Assembly (NCBI GenBank): GCA_018303855.1
Contig: JAGVXI010000004.1
Location: forward strand, 1 to 32,000
Source: Candidatus Pacearchaeota archaeon
GTDB taxonomy: Archaea > Nanobdellota > Nanobdellia > Pacearchaeales > GW2011-AR1
Reading direction: 5' to 3'
Length of the DNA stretch: 32,000 nucleotides
The notes under the pieces are model-generated. The model was not told the origin of the DNA. It ran no database searches and saw nothing but the letters and a program-made list of their open reading frames with translations. Shown piece after piece: positions 8,692-18,153 of the stretch; positions within the stretch are counted from its first letter, which is position 1; each line of letters starts with the position of its first letter. The translations under genes and the position numbers were made by a program.

Positions 8692-9588
8692 TTATCCTGT
8701 CGTTACAATAACTTCCTTTTCATCTATTAAAATAGTGTGTTCTGCTTGGCTAACTGGTTTGTGGGAGTATTCAACAAGCTGTGCAAATTCATGGATAATT
8801 CCCTGCTGTTGCAATTGTTTTAAAGAAAGCAATGATGCTGGACCAAATTTTTTAATAATCCAGCGGGAACAGAAAGGCAGGGTTTGATATTCTTCTTTTA
8901 TATATTCTAAAATTTTTCTTGCTGTCGGCAAACGAGTGTTTTTTTCTTGCTCTAATTTATAAATTCCAGAATATTTTCCATCATAAACTTTGCCAGAGCC
9001 AGTTGTGGCAAATGGTTCTATTGCATAAAGTCCTTGATTTAAACTTAAATTCCTGTTGTCATCAATATTTGGTATAGTAGTGCCTGAATGCAATTCATAT
9101 TGCTCAATACTATGTCCTGAAAGGTTTATTATAGGAGAAAATCCATTGTTCTCTATTGTTTTAGATATCTCAATGCCTATCTGGCTTGTAGTTGTTTTAC
9201 TTTTATTTAACCTGACTTTTCCTAAAGCATTTTTTAAAGCAGATTCTGCTGCCTGAATTAGCTTTTTATTTTCTTCATTGTTTTCTAAATCAAAAGAAAG
9301 TGCAGTATCTGCAATATATCCATCAATATGAACACCAAAATCAACTTTTAACAAGCCATGTGCTAAAGTTTTGTCGTCGTAGCTTGGTGTATAATGGGCT
9401 GCAATATCATTAATGCTAAGATTTACAGGAAAAGCTGGTTTGCCTCCTAGTTCTATAATCTTTGATTCAATTTTTTCAGCAAGTTCAAGTAAAAGTATGT
9501 CTTTTTTTACTATTGATTTAACATATTCACGAATTTGTGATGCTATTTCCCCTGCTTTCAATATTTTTTGTTTTTCTTCTTGTTTCAT
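8692..9588 (-). CDS. map: Methionine aminopeptidase, type 2 (archaeal)
   Basis: Pita-bread fold motifs: FPVNLSINDIAAHYTP, KVDFGVHIDGYIADTA, NLSGHSIEQYELH, AIEPFATTG, and QAEHTI near the C-terminus. Confidence 0.9.
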   Translation of the reverse strand: MKQEEKQKILKAGEIASQIREYVKSIVKKDILLLELAEKIESKIIELGGKPAFPVNLSINDIAAHYTPSYDDKTLAHGLLKVDFGVHIDGYIADTALSFDLENNEENKKLIQAAESALKNALGKVRLNKSKTTTSQIGIEISKTIENNGFSPIINLSGHSIEQYELHSGTTIPNIDDNRNLSLNQGLYAIEPFATTGSGKVYDGKYSGIYKLEQEKNTRLPTARKILEYIKEEYQTLPFCSRWIIKKFGPASLLSLKQLQQQGIIHEFAQLVEYSHKPVSQAEHTILIDEKEVIVTTG

Positions 9589-9666
9589 GTTTTTGATAAA
9601 AATAATTTAGTTTAAATAGGTAATGGAAAAAAATTTGGTTTTTTATTATTTTTTTGATTTAGTAAT

Positions 9667-9930
9667 TTATTTAATAATCCCTTTCAAATGTGGCATTTCT
9701 TTTTCAATAAAATCTATTATTTCCCTCTTGAATTTTGTGTTCAGAGAAATTCCTATAAACTTAGGTTTGTTATGTACAATTAACCAGCCTTGTTTAGAAA
9801 GCTCTTTAATTATTTTTTTTAAATTTTGAAATCTCTTAAAATGCTCTATTCTATCATACTTCTCACCCCAATTTCCTTTACTTCTTGCTAAAATTGACAT
9901 TAGTTGAGCTTTCTCTAAATCTGAGGGCAT
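9667..9930 (-). CDS. Hypothetical protein, possible winged helix
   Basis: 87 aa. LKKIIKELSKQGWLIVHNKPKFIGISL resembles a recognition helix plus wing. Weak call. Confidence 0.4.
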   Translation of the reverse strand: MPSDLEKAQLMSILARSKGNWGEKYDRIEHFKRFQNLKKIIKELSKQGWLIVHNKPKFIGISLNTKFKREIIDFIEKEMPHLKGIIK

Positions 9931-10074
9931 ATAAATAAATATCTTTAATATTTTTAAATGTTGCTATTTTTGACAGTTTATCTTACTCAATGGAAAGATT
10001 TAAATATAGACTATAGCCTATAGACTAGATACTGACTGGGCAAATATTAAATACCGATTATATAAAATAATAAA

Positions 10075-10404
10075 ATGAAAGTTAAAGAAAATAAAAGTTT
10101 TTTCCTTATGCAGTTTGGAGATACACCTCAGTTAAGAGTTCTTGATTTTTTAATAGGGTTTCACTTCTTTGATTATCCTATGACTGAGATAGCAAGAGAA
10201 AGCAATGTAAGTTATAACTCTCTTAAAGTTTTTTTTCCATATTTTATTCAATCTGAAATTGTTTGCAAGACTAGAAAGATAGGAAAGTCTGATTATTTCA
10301 AACTCAATTTAGACAATCAATTTGTCAGAAATTTGATTAAGCTTGATTGGAGTTTAACTAAAAGAAATCTTCTTCCAGAAATAAAGGAAGAGATTGGCGC
10401 ATAA
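10075..10404 (+). CDS. Winged-helix DNA-binding protein (hypothetical regulator)
   Basis: PQLRVLDFLIGFHFFDYPMTEIARESNVSYNSLKVFFPYFIQSEIVCKTRKIGKSDYFKLN has an HTH-plus-wing layout. Confidence 0.5.
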   Translation: MKVKENKSFFLMQFGDTPQLRVLDFLIGFHFFDYPMTEIARESNVSYNSLKVFFPYFIQSEIVCKTRKIGKSDYFKLNLDNQFVRNLIKLDWSLTKRNLLPEIKEEIGA

Positions 10405-10517
10405 TTTACAAGAAGCATTATCAATAGTTTCTAGCAATTGGAAAGGTTTAGAACTTAAGACAAGATTAAAGTAAAGTTTTTATAGTAAATTATTTCTTAA
10501 AATATGTCCTAACTAAC

Positions 10518-10991
10518 TTACACATCTCTCTTTTTAAGTCTTCTCTCTTTCGGTATAAAATTCCCTATTTTATTCTCAGATGCTTTTCCACTTCCAAGAA
10601 AATCCTTTTTGTGTTTTATTATAACAAAGCCTTTTAAATTAGTTTTAATAAGTATCTCACTTCCAGACATCCAGTCATTAACTTGTCTATCATCTAATTC
10701 AAAAATGTTCTTCTTAATTTGGTTTTGGAGTAATTGCGTGGCTTCTATGCTAAGCCTGATATCTCCTGTTCTTTCATCTATTTTTGCAAAGTAAAATCCT
10801 GTTTTTTCTATGTTTGTAATTTCAATAAGTTTTTCAAGTTCTTTTTCGCTTAAACTTCCTGAAAAAAGATACAGCTTTTCTTTTCCAAACATTAAAAGTA
10901 TTCCTTGAAGTTGTTCAACGCCGAACTGTTCATTAAGTTTTCCAATTATATTGTTCTTTTCTTGTTGGTTCAGAATTTTTATTTGATGCAT
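10518..10991 (-). CDS. Stand-alone RsmF C-terminal-like module (pre-PUA plus PUA-like RNA-binding domain)
   Basis: The C-terminus GFVIIKHKKDFLGSGKASENKIGNFIPKERRL matches, from memory, the methyltransferase-associated PUA ending (GfpLG.gKa..g.lKN.yPk.lR). The N-terminal half (LNEQFGV...KLYLFSG...IRLSIEATQLL) resembles the first RsmF C-terminal domain. Confidence 0.5.
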   Translation of the reverse strand: MHQIKILNQQEKNNIIGKLNEQFGVEQLQGILLMFGKEKLYLFSGSLSEKELEKLIEITNIEKTGFYFAKIDERTGDIRLSIEATQLLQNQIKKNIFELDDRQVNDWMSGSEILIKTNLKGFVIIKHKKDFLGSGKASENKIGNFIPKERRLKKRDV

Positions 10992-11037
10992 AAATTAATT
11001 ACAAGAATTGATTTTATAAAACATTTGTTTGGATTAA

Positions 11038-11571
11038 TTAAACCCCAAATTCCCTAATAACCTTTTCTGGAACAATTATCTCTGCTCTCCTTAATTTTCC
11101 TGAGTAATGATACCCGCCAATATCAAATCTGTATAAATTGCCTTTGTTCCTTATATAACATGTTGCAAGAAAAGGATTGTTTGGCAGTGTTGTTATTTTT
11201 GCTTTTTTTACCCCAATGATGATCTCTATTTCATCTTTTCTTTGCTTTAACATTTCTGCATCAAATTTGCTCATGCAAACTTTTTTGGCATGATCTTTTC
11301 TAAACATAGTATGTGAATGGTATTCCCCAATTTTTTCTTTAATTAATTCAGCTTCTTCTCTTGTTGCCGCTAATTTATTAATAAAATAAACCCCATCTGG
11401 TTTTCTATCAACTAATTGAGATGGAAGAATTGATTCTATAAACCATTCAAGGGTTTTAGGGTTTCTTCTACCAAATAAACTTCCCTGGCATTCTACCCTT
11501 AAAGTTTCATATGCAGATTTTATTAGCCCTTCAAAAGGAGTTGTTTGAAAATATATCTTGGCTCTTTTCAT
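11038..11571 (-). CDS. JAB/MPN (JAMM-like) domain protein
   Basis: E-x-x-G motif RVECQGSLFG, then GEYHSHT...MSKFD (an HxH...SxxD arrangement with a longer than usual spacer). Confidence 0.5.
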   Translation of the reverse strand: MKRAKIYFQTTPFEGLIKSAYETLRVECQGSLFGRRNPKTLEWFIESILPSQLVDRKPDGVYFINKLAATREEAELIKEKIGEYHSHTMFRKDHAKKVCMSKFDAEMLKQRKDEIEIIIGVKKAKITTLPNNPFLATCYIRNKGNLYRFDIGGYHYSGKLRRAEIIVPEKVIREFGV

Positions 11572-11614
11572 TTATTAAATTTTGACTTTATTGTTTTTAA
11601 ATATTTATATGCTG

Positions 11615-12751
11615 CTAATGCCTCTTTAATTTTGCAATAAAAAAACCTTCTGTTTGGGTTTTATGAGGGTAGATTCTGCAGGTTTTTTCAACTTCTTTTT
11701 TATATGTTTTATCTTGCCATAAGGTTATACCCATATCATGTCTTATTGGCAAGTTAATTTTTTCTACTTTAATATTTGAAAAATTTTTAAGAACAAAATC
11801 AATAACTTCTTCGTTTTCTTCTGGTGCATGGGTGCAAGTAGAGTAAACAAGTTCACCATTTGGTTTTAGTATGCTGATAGCAGAGGCTATTAGAGCTTTT
11901 TGAAGTCTTGAGAGATTAAAAACTGTTTTTATGTTCCACATTAAACTTGTTTTTGGGGCAGAGCAAATTGTGCCTTCTCCTGAGCATGGAGCATCTATAA
12001 GAATTTTATCAAAGCGAAAATTTGTTTTTTCAAGTCTTTTGCATAATGCAATTCCATCATGCTTTGTTATTATTGTGTTTGAAACCCCGCATCTTTCTAA
12101 GTTTGCAGAAAGTATTTTTAATCTTCCGAGTTTTGCATCATTTGCAATAATTAATCCTTTATTTTGCATTTTTGCTCCTAATTGTGTTGTTTTGCTTCCA
12201 GGAGAAGCACATAAATCAAGAACAATTTCGTTAGGTTTTGGAGATAAAATTATAGGGGGCAACATTGATGCTATGTCTTGAACATAATAGTAACCAAGAA
12301 GATGCTCTAAGCTGTTTCCAAGTTCTCCTGGTGAGAGATTATTTAATTTGTTATTATTATCGTTATTTTGATTGTTAACTATAAATCCGTTGATTTTATT
12401 ATTATTAATTGTTAACACTTCATTTAATCTATTATCTAATTTTGTTGTACTATCAATTTCATCTTTAAAATGGTTTGTTTTATTATTAACCAATTCATTA
12501 TTTTCATCAGCTTTTTTACCTTCTATAATCATAATCTCTAGAAAATCTTTGAATGGTTGTTTTATTATCCATCCCTTATCTTCAAGCCTGGTCTTTAGTT
12601 CTTTTGGAGAAATTTTTAATGTGTTGCATCTTATTGATTTTAGTGGCTGTTGGTTTAATGAACCTAGATAATTATCAAAATCTTTGCCAAGCAAAGATTT
12701 CATTCTTTCAATGAAAAGGGGTTTTAAGGGGAAGGGTTTTTTTTGTGGCAT
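11615..12751 (-). CDS. NOL1/NOP2/Sun-family RNA (cytosine-C5)-methyltransferase with an Asn-rich insertion
   Basis: SIRCNTLK, YYVQDIASM, the SAM site DLCASPGSKTTQ, and catalytic motifs DAPCSGEGT and VYSTCT. An N/K-rich low-complexity segment separates the N-terminal and catalytic domains. Confidence 0.9.
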   Translation of the reverse strand: MPQKKPFPLKPLFIERMKSLLGKDFDNYLGSLNQQPLKSIRCNTLKISPKELKTRLEDKGWIIKQPFKDFLEIMIIEGKKADENNELVNNKTNHFKDEIDSTTKLDNRLNEVLTINNNKINGFIVNNQNNDNNNKLNNLSPGELGNSLEHLLGYYYVQDIASMLPPIILSPKPNEIVLDLCASPGSKTTQLGAKMQNKGLIIANDAKLGRLKILSANLERCGVSNTIITKHDGIALCKRLEKTNFRFDKILIDAPCSGEGTICSAPKTSLMWNIKTVFNLSRLQKALIASAISILKPNGELVYSTCTHAPEENEEVIDFVLKNFSNIKVEKINLPIRHDMGITLWQDKTYKKEVEKTCRIYPHKTQTEGFFIAKLKRH

Positions 12752-12891
12752 TTCTTTTTAATGTGCAGGAGTTTTATAAATTGTTTTATTTTTTAGGGAT
12801 TTGATATAAAGAAGAAAATTTACCGAGTTGGTTATATTAAACTTAAAGTTATTAATATTTTGGAGTTATAATCTTCTAGGTTAACTATCCC

Positions 12892-13758
12892 CTACTCTTT
12901 TGTTGGTTGTTCGCTCGGTTCACTTAATTCCGACATCGGGATTGCCACCCTCACGCCAAATACATCTGACTCTTGTTTTGGGTTTTTCCCATCCCTGTAA
13001 CCGAAATTTTCAACAACATCATAGTCTTTTGGAATTTGTGCTGACTCATATGTTTCAAGTTTTCCGCCAAGAGTTGTCAATATTTTTTTAACAAACCTAA
13101 ATCCCCTTCCTCTTCCCATGCCATGTGCTTCTCTCATTTTTACACCTTCTGTTTCATTTTCAAGTATTAATTCTAATGAACTCCTAAGACTTTCATCTTG
13201 TGTTATTCTTATTCCCTGGTTTATATTAGAGCCTTCTGGGGCATAGGTCATACAATTTCCTAAAAGAGTTCCCATCATTGCGCACATTACTCCTCTGTTA
13301 GCATAAACTTGTATAGGATTATGGTATTCTAATTTGTCATATTTAAAGATTAATCCTATTTTGTGCTCTTTTATATAATCATCATAAAGTAATGCATGTT
13401 CCCTTATCATCTGCTCTAGATTTATTTGTTCTGCGTTTTTTTGAAGCGCTTCTTTGGAACTGCCTTCCAAAGATAACAGGTCTGATAAGTCCATTAATTG
13501 TGTAGCACCTCGTTGGATTTTTCCTATTACCATTGTTTTTGTATGTTCATCAATATTCTTTTTACTTAGAAGGTTAGCAAATCCAATTACTATCTGTACA
13601 GGTGCTCTGAATTCATGCACAACCATGTCCAATATTTCTTCCCTTTCTTCAACTTTTCTGTCTCTTTCCTCTATTACTCTGTCTATATCTGCTTTTAATT
13701 CAGGGTAAAAAGCAAGGACAGCTGCGTATTTATCTGTTAATTTTTCATATGATTCCAT
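12892..13758 (-). CDS. Cytoplasmic histidine kinase (HisKA plus HATPase_c, no obvious sensor domain)
   Basis: H box HEFRAPVQIVIGFANLL, N-box-like LLGNCMTYAPEG, and a G-rich lid GMGRGRGFRFVKKILTTLGGKL. The track start at 13803 is TTG; the first ATG is 13758 (MESYEKL). Confidence 0.75.
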   Translation of the reverse strand: MESYEKLTDKYAAVLAFYPELKADIDRVIEERDRKVEEREEILDMVVHEFRAPVQIVIGFANLLSKKNIDEHTKTMVIGKIQRGATQLMDLSDLLSLEGSSKEALQKNAEQINLEQMIREHALLYDDYIKEHKIGLIFKYDKLEYHNPIQVYANRGVMCAMMGTLLGNCMTYAPEGSNINQGIRITQDESLRSSLELILENETEGVKMREAHGMGRGRGFRFVKKILTTLGGKLETYESAQIPKDYDVVENFGYRDGKNPKQESDVFGVRVAIPMSELSEPSEQPTKE

Positions 13759-13930
13759 CTTAATTATCTGAACAGGATTAGTTTTATTGTGAATTTTGAA
13801 CAACTTTTAAACCTTTCGGTTGAGAATTTTACATATGAATATATTTTTATGTGTCTAATGGAAATTATTGTGGTTTGGATGATTTATTGGTGTGGTTTTG
13901 ATTATTTATTGGGAGAGTGGCGATATTTAT

Positions 13931-16402
13931 TCAAAACTCCCCGAGTTTTTTTTGCTTGCTTCCTTGAATAAGATCATTAACATTAACATTAAAAACCTGA
14001 AAAATGTTTTCAACCGCAGGCAAAATTTGGTTCCCTAAGTAATACTTTATATTGTACTCTCCCTTTTCATTAGGAAGCTTAACTTTGTCTCTTACAAGTT
14101 TTTTCTTTTCTCTTGTTTCTGCTATAAAATATTCGATTAATGCCCCCTCATCAATAGGAATCTTCTGTTTCTGCATTTTTTGCGCAGCAATAACATGCGG
14201 CGATATAGCTTTATATTCATTCAGAGGTTTTTTTAGCTGTGTTCTGATAAGGATTTCTTCTATCTCGATTTTTCTGTCTTTTAGCTTTTTTACAATTTCT
14301 TTAACATATTTAACTGCTCTTATATTATCTCCGTCTTCAAGTATTAATCTTAAAACTTTATTCTGCGTTTTTCTTGCCAAATTACACCAGTCTCTTCTTA
14401 CTGTTTCAAACCCCCGAATTTTTAATTTGCCTTTTTCATCAACCAGAGCGTATTTTTTCTTTGCTCCGAATTCTCCTGTTCTTTTTGTCACCCAAATTCC
14501 TCTTTTATAAAACTCTTCTAATTCCAGTTCCATAATTCCCGGCAGTTCTTTATTAAGCTTTTCTAAAAGCTCAAGTGTTTGCTTTTTTGTTTTTTTATTT
14601 AAAAGAAAAGCTATGCTGTCTGTATCGCTGTATATTGTCCTAAATCCTTCACTATCAATTTTTTTTATAACTTCTTTGATAAAATTCCTGCTTATTGCTG
14701 TTGTTGCTGCAGATGCTTCAGGGCAGTAATACCTAGCTCCAAAAAATCCTTGGTATCCATAAGAAGCATTTGCTAAAAGTTTAAATGCATTGCTTCTTGC
14801 TCTTTTTACTGCGTCATCTCCTTTTTTTAACTCTTGCTTGAATTTTTTTCTTAAACTTATTATCTCCTTTAACATTTCTGGAAAAAATCCAGGTTCTTTT
14901 TCAAAATAAGCTTTTTTGCCTTTTGCAATTTCAACTTCTAAAACATTCTTCGCTTTTGGCTTTTTTTCAAGCAGAGTTGATTTTGATAAATTAAATGTGG
15001 CTATAATGCTTGGCCAATAACTTGTAAAATCAAAAAGGGCGAGGTTTTCATATAATCCGGGAATTGGCTGAAAAACAAAAGCGCCTTCATATTTTTCCCT
15101 TAATCTTCTTTTGCTTATTTCTTCATGTGTTGGCCTTTTTTCTGGTATTTCATTAAACTTCGGTAAATTATGGATAATGTATGATTCAACATTTTTCGAC
15201 ATGCCGTTTCTTGAAACTTCAAATAAAGGCTCTTGCATCACTCTTGAAAACGCAATAAAATCTGGCCAGAATTTTAAAAAAAGATTATATGTAAGCATAG
15301 AATCTTGCAGGTTATATTCAAAATAATCTTTCCAATCCTGGTTAGTAAGTTTTGATATTGATTTAAAGACAAAATCTTTTTTTCTTTCCCCCAAAAATTC
15401 AAAAGCGATATCATTTAGAGATAAAGTTTCAGACTGCATATACTGTGAATAAGCTGTTTGAACAAACCTTAATAAGTCTACATGAACAACCCCTGAAATT
15501 TTTCCAGTTAGTATGTTGCCTTTGTGAAATATTGGCTGGCTTCCATCTAACCCTAAAGCTAATTTTATCTTATGCTTTTCTGCACGAGCTTTTAAGTAAG
15601 GCAAATCAAAACCATCGCTGAAATATCCTGTAAGAAAATCAGGTGACTCTTTTTTTACATACTCTGTAAATTTTTCTATGAGTTCTGCTTCGTCTTCTAC
15701 ATATTCCACGAAATTTTGTTCTGAAGTCTTTTCTGATTTTTTCCATGTTATCACTTTTTTTAAATTATTACTGACAAGCGAAATCATTAATATTTGCCCT
15801 TTGCCTAATTGAAATTCATCTGTTTCAATATCATACGCAAGTATTTTTGGATTAATTATTGGTTCGGGCTCGGTTTTTTTTGCGGTTTTTAACTTGATGC
15901 AAAAATCAACATCTAATGCAGAATCAATTCCGCCAAATTCATATGAGTTGTTGAGCATCTCTCCCTCAATTTCATACCAAGTTAAGGGCAGGATATTCCT
16001 TTCTATTATGTAATGAGTAATAAAACCCAAATCATAACCCCTTCTTTTTTCGATTTCCGGCATATCAAGTTTATCAGCTATATCATGCAAATCTTTATAG
16101 TTTGTTGCAAATATCTTTAAGGCTTTTACTGGCTTTCCAAGGAAGTTTTTATCATGCAACTCAACTTTTTCAACCTTGGTTTGCCTTCCTTTTACATCTA
16201 ATTTTATGCTACTTATTTTATTAATCAAGCTTTTTATCTCCCCCTCTTCTAAATTCTCTTTTAAAATCGCCCAAAAAAATATATTGCAGAAATCTATAAC
16301 ACATATTCTTTTGCCAGAACTATCTCTGCCTATTATTTTGGCATAATTTCTCCCTTGCCAGTCAAAATAATCATAGTCTATTGGAATAAAGGTTGTTTTC
16401 AT
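13931..16402 (-). CDS. polB: Family B DNA polymerase
   Basis: ExoI YDIETD, polymerase motifs SYWPSII, KLLANASYGY and YSDTDS, and a C-terminal PIP box QKKLGEF. At 823 aa there is no room for an intein. Confidence 0.95.
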   Translation of the reverse strand: MKTTFIPIDYDYFDWQGRNYAKIIGRDSSGKRICVIDFCNIFFWAILKENLEEGEIKSLINKISSIKLDVKGRQTKVEKVELHDKNFLGKPVKALKIFATNYKDLHDIADKLDMPEIEKRRGYDLGFITHYIIERNILPLTWYEIEGEMLNNSYEFGGIDSALDVDFCIKLKTAKKTEPEPIINPKILAYDIETDEFQLGKGQILMISLVSNNLKKVITWKKSEKTSEQNFVEYVEDEAELIEKFTEYVKKESPDFLTGYFSDGFDLPYLKARAEKHKIKLALGLDGSQPIFHKGNILTGKISGVVHVDLLRFVQTAYSQYMQSETLSLNDIAFEFLGERKKDFVFKSISKLTNQDWKDYFEYNLQDSMLTYNLFLKFWPDFIAFSRVMQEPLFEVSRNGMSKNVESYIIHNLPKFNEIPEKRPTHEEISKRRLREKYEGAFVFQPIPGLYENLALFDFTSYWPSIIATFNLSKSTLLEKKPKAKNVLEVEIAKGKKAYFEKEPGFFPEMLKEIISLRKKFKQELKKGDDAVKRARSNAFKLLANASYGYQGFFGARYYCPEASAATTAISRNFIKEVIKKIDSEGFRTIYSDTDSIAFLLNKKTKKQTLELLEKLNKELPGIMELELEEFYKRGIWVTKRTGEFGAKKKYALVDEKGKLKIRGFETVRRDWCNLARKTQNKVLRLILEDGDNIRAVKYVKEIVKKLKDRKIEIEEILIRTQLKKPLNEYKAISPHVIAAQKMQKQKIPIDEGALIEYFIAETREKKKLVRDKVKLPNEKGEYNIKYYLGNQILPAVENIFQVFNVNVNDLIQGSKQKKLGEF

Positions 16403-16433
16403 GATGAAAAAAGGAGGTTTGATTATTTAAAGT

Positions 16434-16441
16434 TAGTTATA
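16434..16441 (-). promoter_or_regulatory. TATA-box-like element upstream of polB
   Basis: The minus strand reads TTTAAATA about 32-39 nt upstream of the polB ATG (16402). A GGAGG-like sequence lies between them. Confidence 0.3.
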
Positions 16442-16591
16442 ATATGATTTGGAATATAGGGCCTTAGGTAATTAAATTATACTTTAAAGGTTATCTACAC
16501 CTATTAACTTAATCTTTTGTTTAGTTTTATTATTTATCATGCATCTTACATCCTTAAAAAAGTTTAAAAACAGGATTTTTATGTAAGTGGT

Positions 16592-17071
16592 ATGAACAGC
16601 AACAGGTTGTATACGCAGGCAAAGTTTGAGAAGGATAAAACATTAGTAGATTATATTGAGAGGTATGGCATAAACTTGGAAAATTCAGATATGCATTTAG
16701 ATGAAAAGCATGATGATATTTGGGTAAAAATACTTGAGCATAAATCATTAAGGGTTGGTTCAGATGAATGTGGGCATCCATTTGAATATGCTGAAAGATG
16801 CAAACCATCAAGATTAACTGCTGCAATAAGGCGGCAATATTATCTTGCAACTATACACCTTAAAGAAGTTGAAGAAGGTTTAAGAAAAGTTATTGCTGAT
16901 GTTAAGCCAAAAAGTTTAACTCAAGTAGTTGTTAAACAGCAAGAATTAGAATTAGGGCCTTTTATGTCTGGCAAAGGAGCAGGGCATTATGAATTTGAGC
17001 TAAGTTCAAAAAAACGCAAAATAAAAAGGGGCGCAAGATTTGTCGATAAAAGCATAGATGAAGTATTTTAG
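16592..17071 (+). CDS. Hypothetical protein between polB and fen1
   Basis: 159 aa with an ATG start. The composition is protein-like, whereas the antisense ORF 16554..16850 is H/Q/L/C-biased. C-terminus ...KRKIKRGARFVDKSIDEVF. Confidence 0.5.
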   Translation: MNSNRLYTQAKFEKDKTLVDYIERYGINLENSDMHLDEKHDDIWVKILEHKSLRVGSDECGHPFEYAERCKPSRLTAAIRRQYYLATIHLKEVEEGLRKVIADVKPKSLTQVVVKQQELELGPFMSGKGAGHYEFELSSKKRKIKRGARFVDKSIDEVF

Positions 17072-17112
17072 ATAATTTTTTATATTTGGGATTCCTTTAT
17101 TTTTCATATAAA

Positions 17113-18153
17113 ATGGGCTTAAATATACGTGAAATAATTCCTCGTAAAGAAATTGAAATTAGCGGTTTAAAGGGCAAGATATTATGTGTTGACGCGTTCA
17201 ATACTCTTTACCAGTTTCTTTCTTCTATTAGACAGCCAGATGGGACTCCTTTAATGGATAATAAAAAAAGAATTACTTCTCATTTAAGCGGATTATTTTA
17301 CAGAAATATAAGCTTGCTGTTAGATGGAATAAAATTAGTTTATGTTTTTGACGGCAAGCCTCCTGAATTAAAAATAAAAACGCATAAAAAAAGGATGGAT
17401 GGAAGAGACATTGCAAAAGAGAGGTATGAACAGGCAAAACAAAAAGAAGATTTTGATGCTATGAAAAGATATTCTAGCCAGTTAGTCAGGCTGGATGATG
17501 AGATGATTGAAGAAAGCAAGGCTTTGCTTGGCGCAATGGGCATCTGTGTTGTGCAGGCTCCAAGTGAAGGTGAAGCAGAAGCATCTTATCTAGTTAGGAT
17601 AAAAAAGCAAACCTACGCTGTTGCAAGCCAGGATTATGACTCTTTACTTTTTGGTGCTCCACGTTTAATTCAAAATTTGACATTATCAAGAAAGAGAAAA
17701 ACTTTTTCTGGTTGGGCAGAAGTAAAACCCGAGTTAATTGAGCTTGAAAGTGTGTTAAATAATCTTGGTATTAATATTAACCAGCTTATTTGCCTTGGAA
17801 TAATGGTTGGAACAGATTATAATCCAAAAGGAATTCCAAGAATTGGGCAAAAAAAAGCTCTGCAAATTGTTAAACAGCATAAACAGCCTGTTTTAATTTT
17901 TAAAAGCGTGGAAAATTTGATTAAGGCTTTGCCAGAAGAAGAGAGGTTTGATTGGAAAGAGGTATTTGAATTATTCAAAAAACCGAAAGTTGTTGATGCT
18001 GAGCTTAAGTTTGGCAAGATTGATGATAATAAAATAAAGGAAATTCTCGTCGGCGAGCATGATTTTTCAGAGCAAAGGGTTAGCAAACAGCTTGATAGGC
18101 TTACAGAAGCCCATGAAAAATTAAAGCAGAAGGGTTTGGGGGATTGGGTTTGA
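17113..18153 (+). CDS. fen1: Flap endonuclease 1
   Basis: N domain GKILCVDAFNTLYQFL, I domain EGEAEASYL...SQDYDSLLFGAP, H3TH GTDYNPKGIPRIGQKKA, C-terminal PIP box QKGLGDWV. The ATG at 17113 (MGLNIREI) is preferred over the TTG at 17086. Confidence 0.95.
   Translation: MGLNIREIIPRKEIEISGLKGKILCVDAFNTLYQFLSSIRQPDGTPLMDNKKRITSHLSGLFYRNISLLLDGIKLVYVFDGKPPELKIKTHKKRMDGRDIAKERYEQAKQKEDFDAMKRYSSQLVRLDDEMIEESKALLGAMGICVVQAPSEGEAEASYLVRIKKQTYAVASQDYDSLLFGAPRLIQNLTLSRKRKTFSGWAEVKPELIELESVLNNLGININQLICLGIMVGTDYNPKGIPRIGQKKALQIVKQHKQPVLIFKSVENLIKALPEEERFDWKEVFELFKKPKVVDAELKFGKIDDNKIKEILVGEHDFSEQRVSKQLDRLTEAHEKLKQKGLGDWV

Noticed and set aside
14052-15326. Plus-strand ORFs inside polB (14052..14510, 15111..15326)
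   Set aside because: They are antisense shadows of a gene carrying all family-B polymerase motifs.
16554-16850. 98-aa minus-strand ORF overlapping the 159-aa gene
   Set aside because: It has an odd H/Q/L/C/Y-rich composition. The plus-strand ORF has an ATG start and balanced composition, so the plus frame is preferred, though neither is verified.
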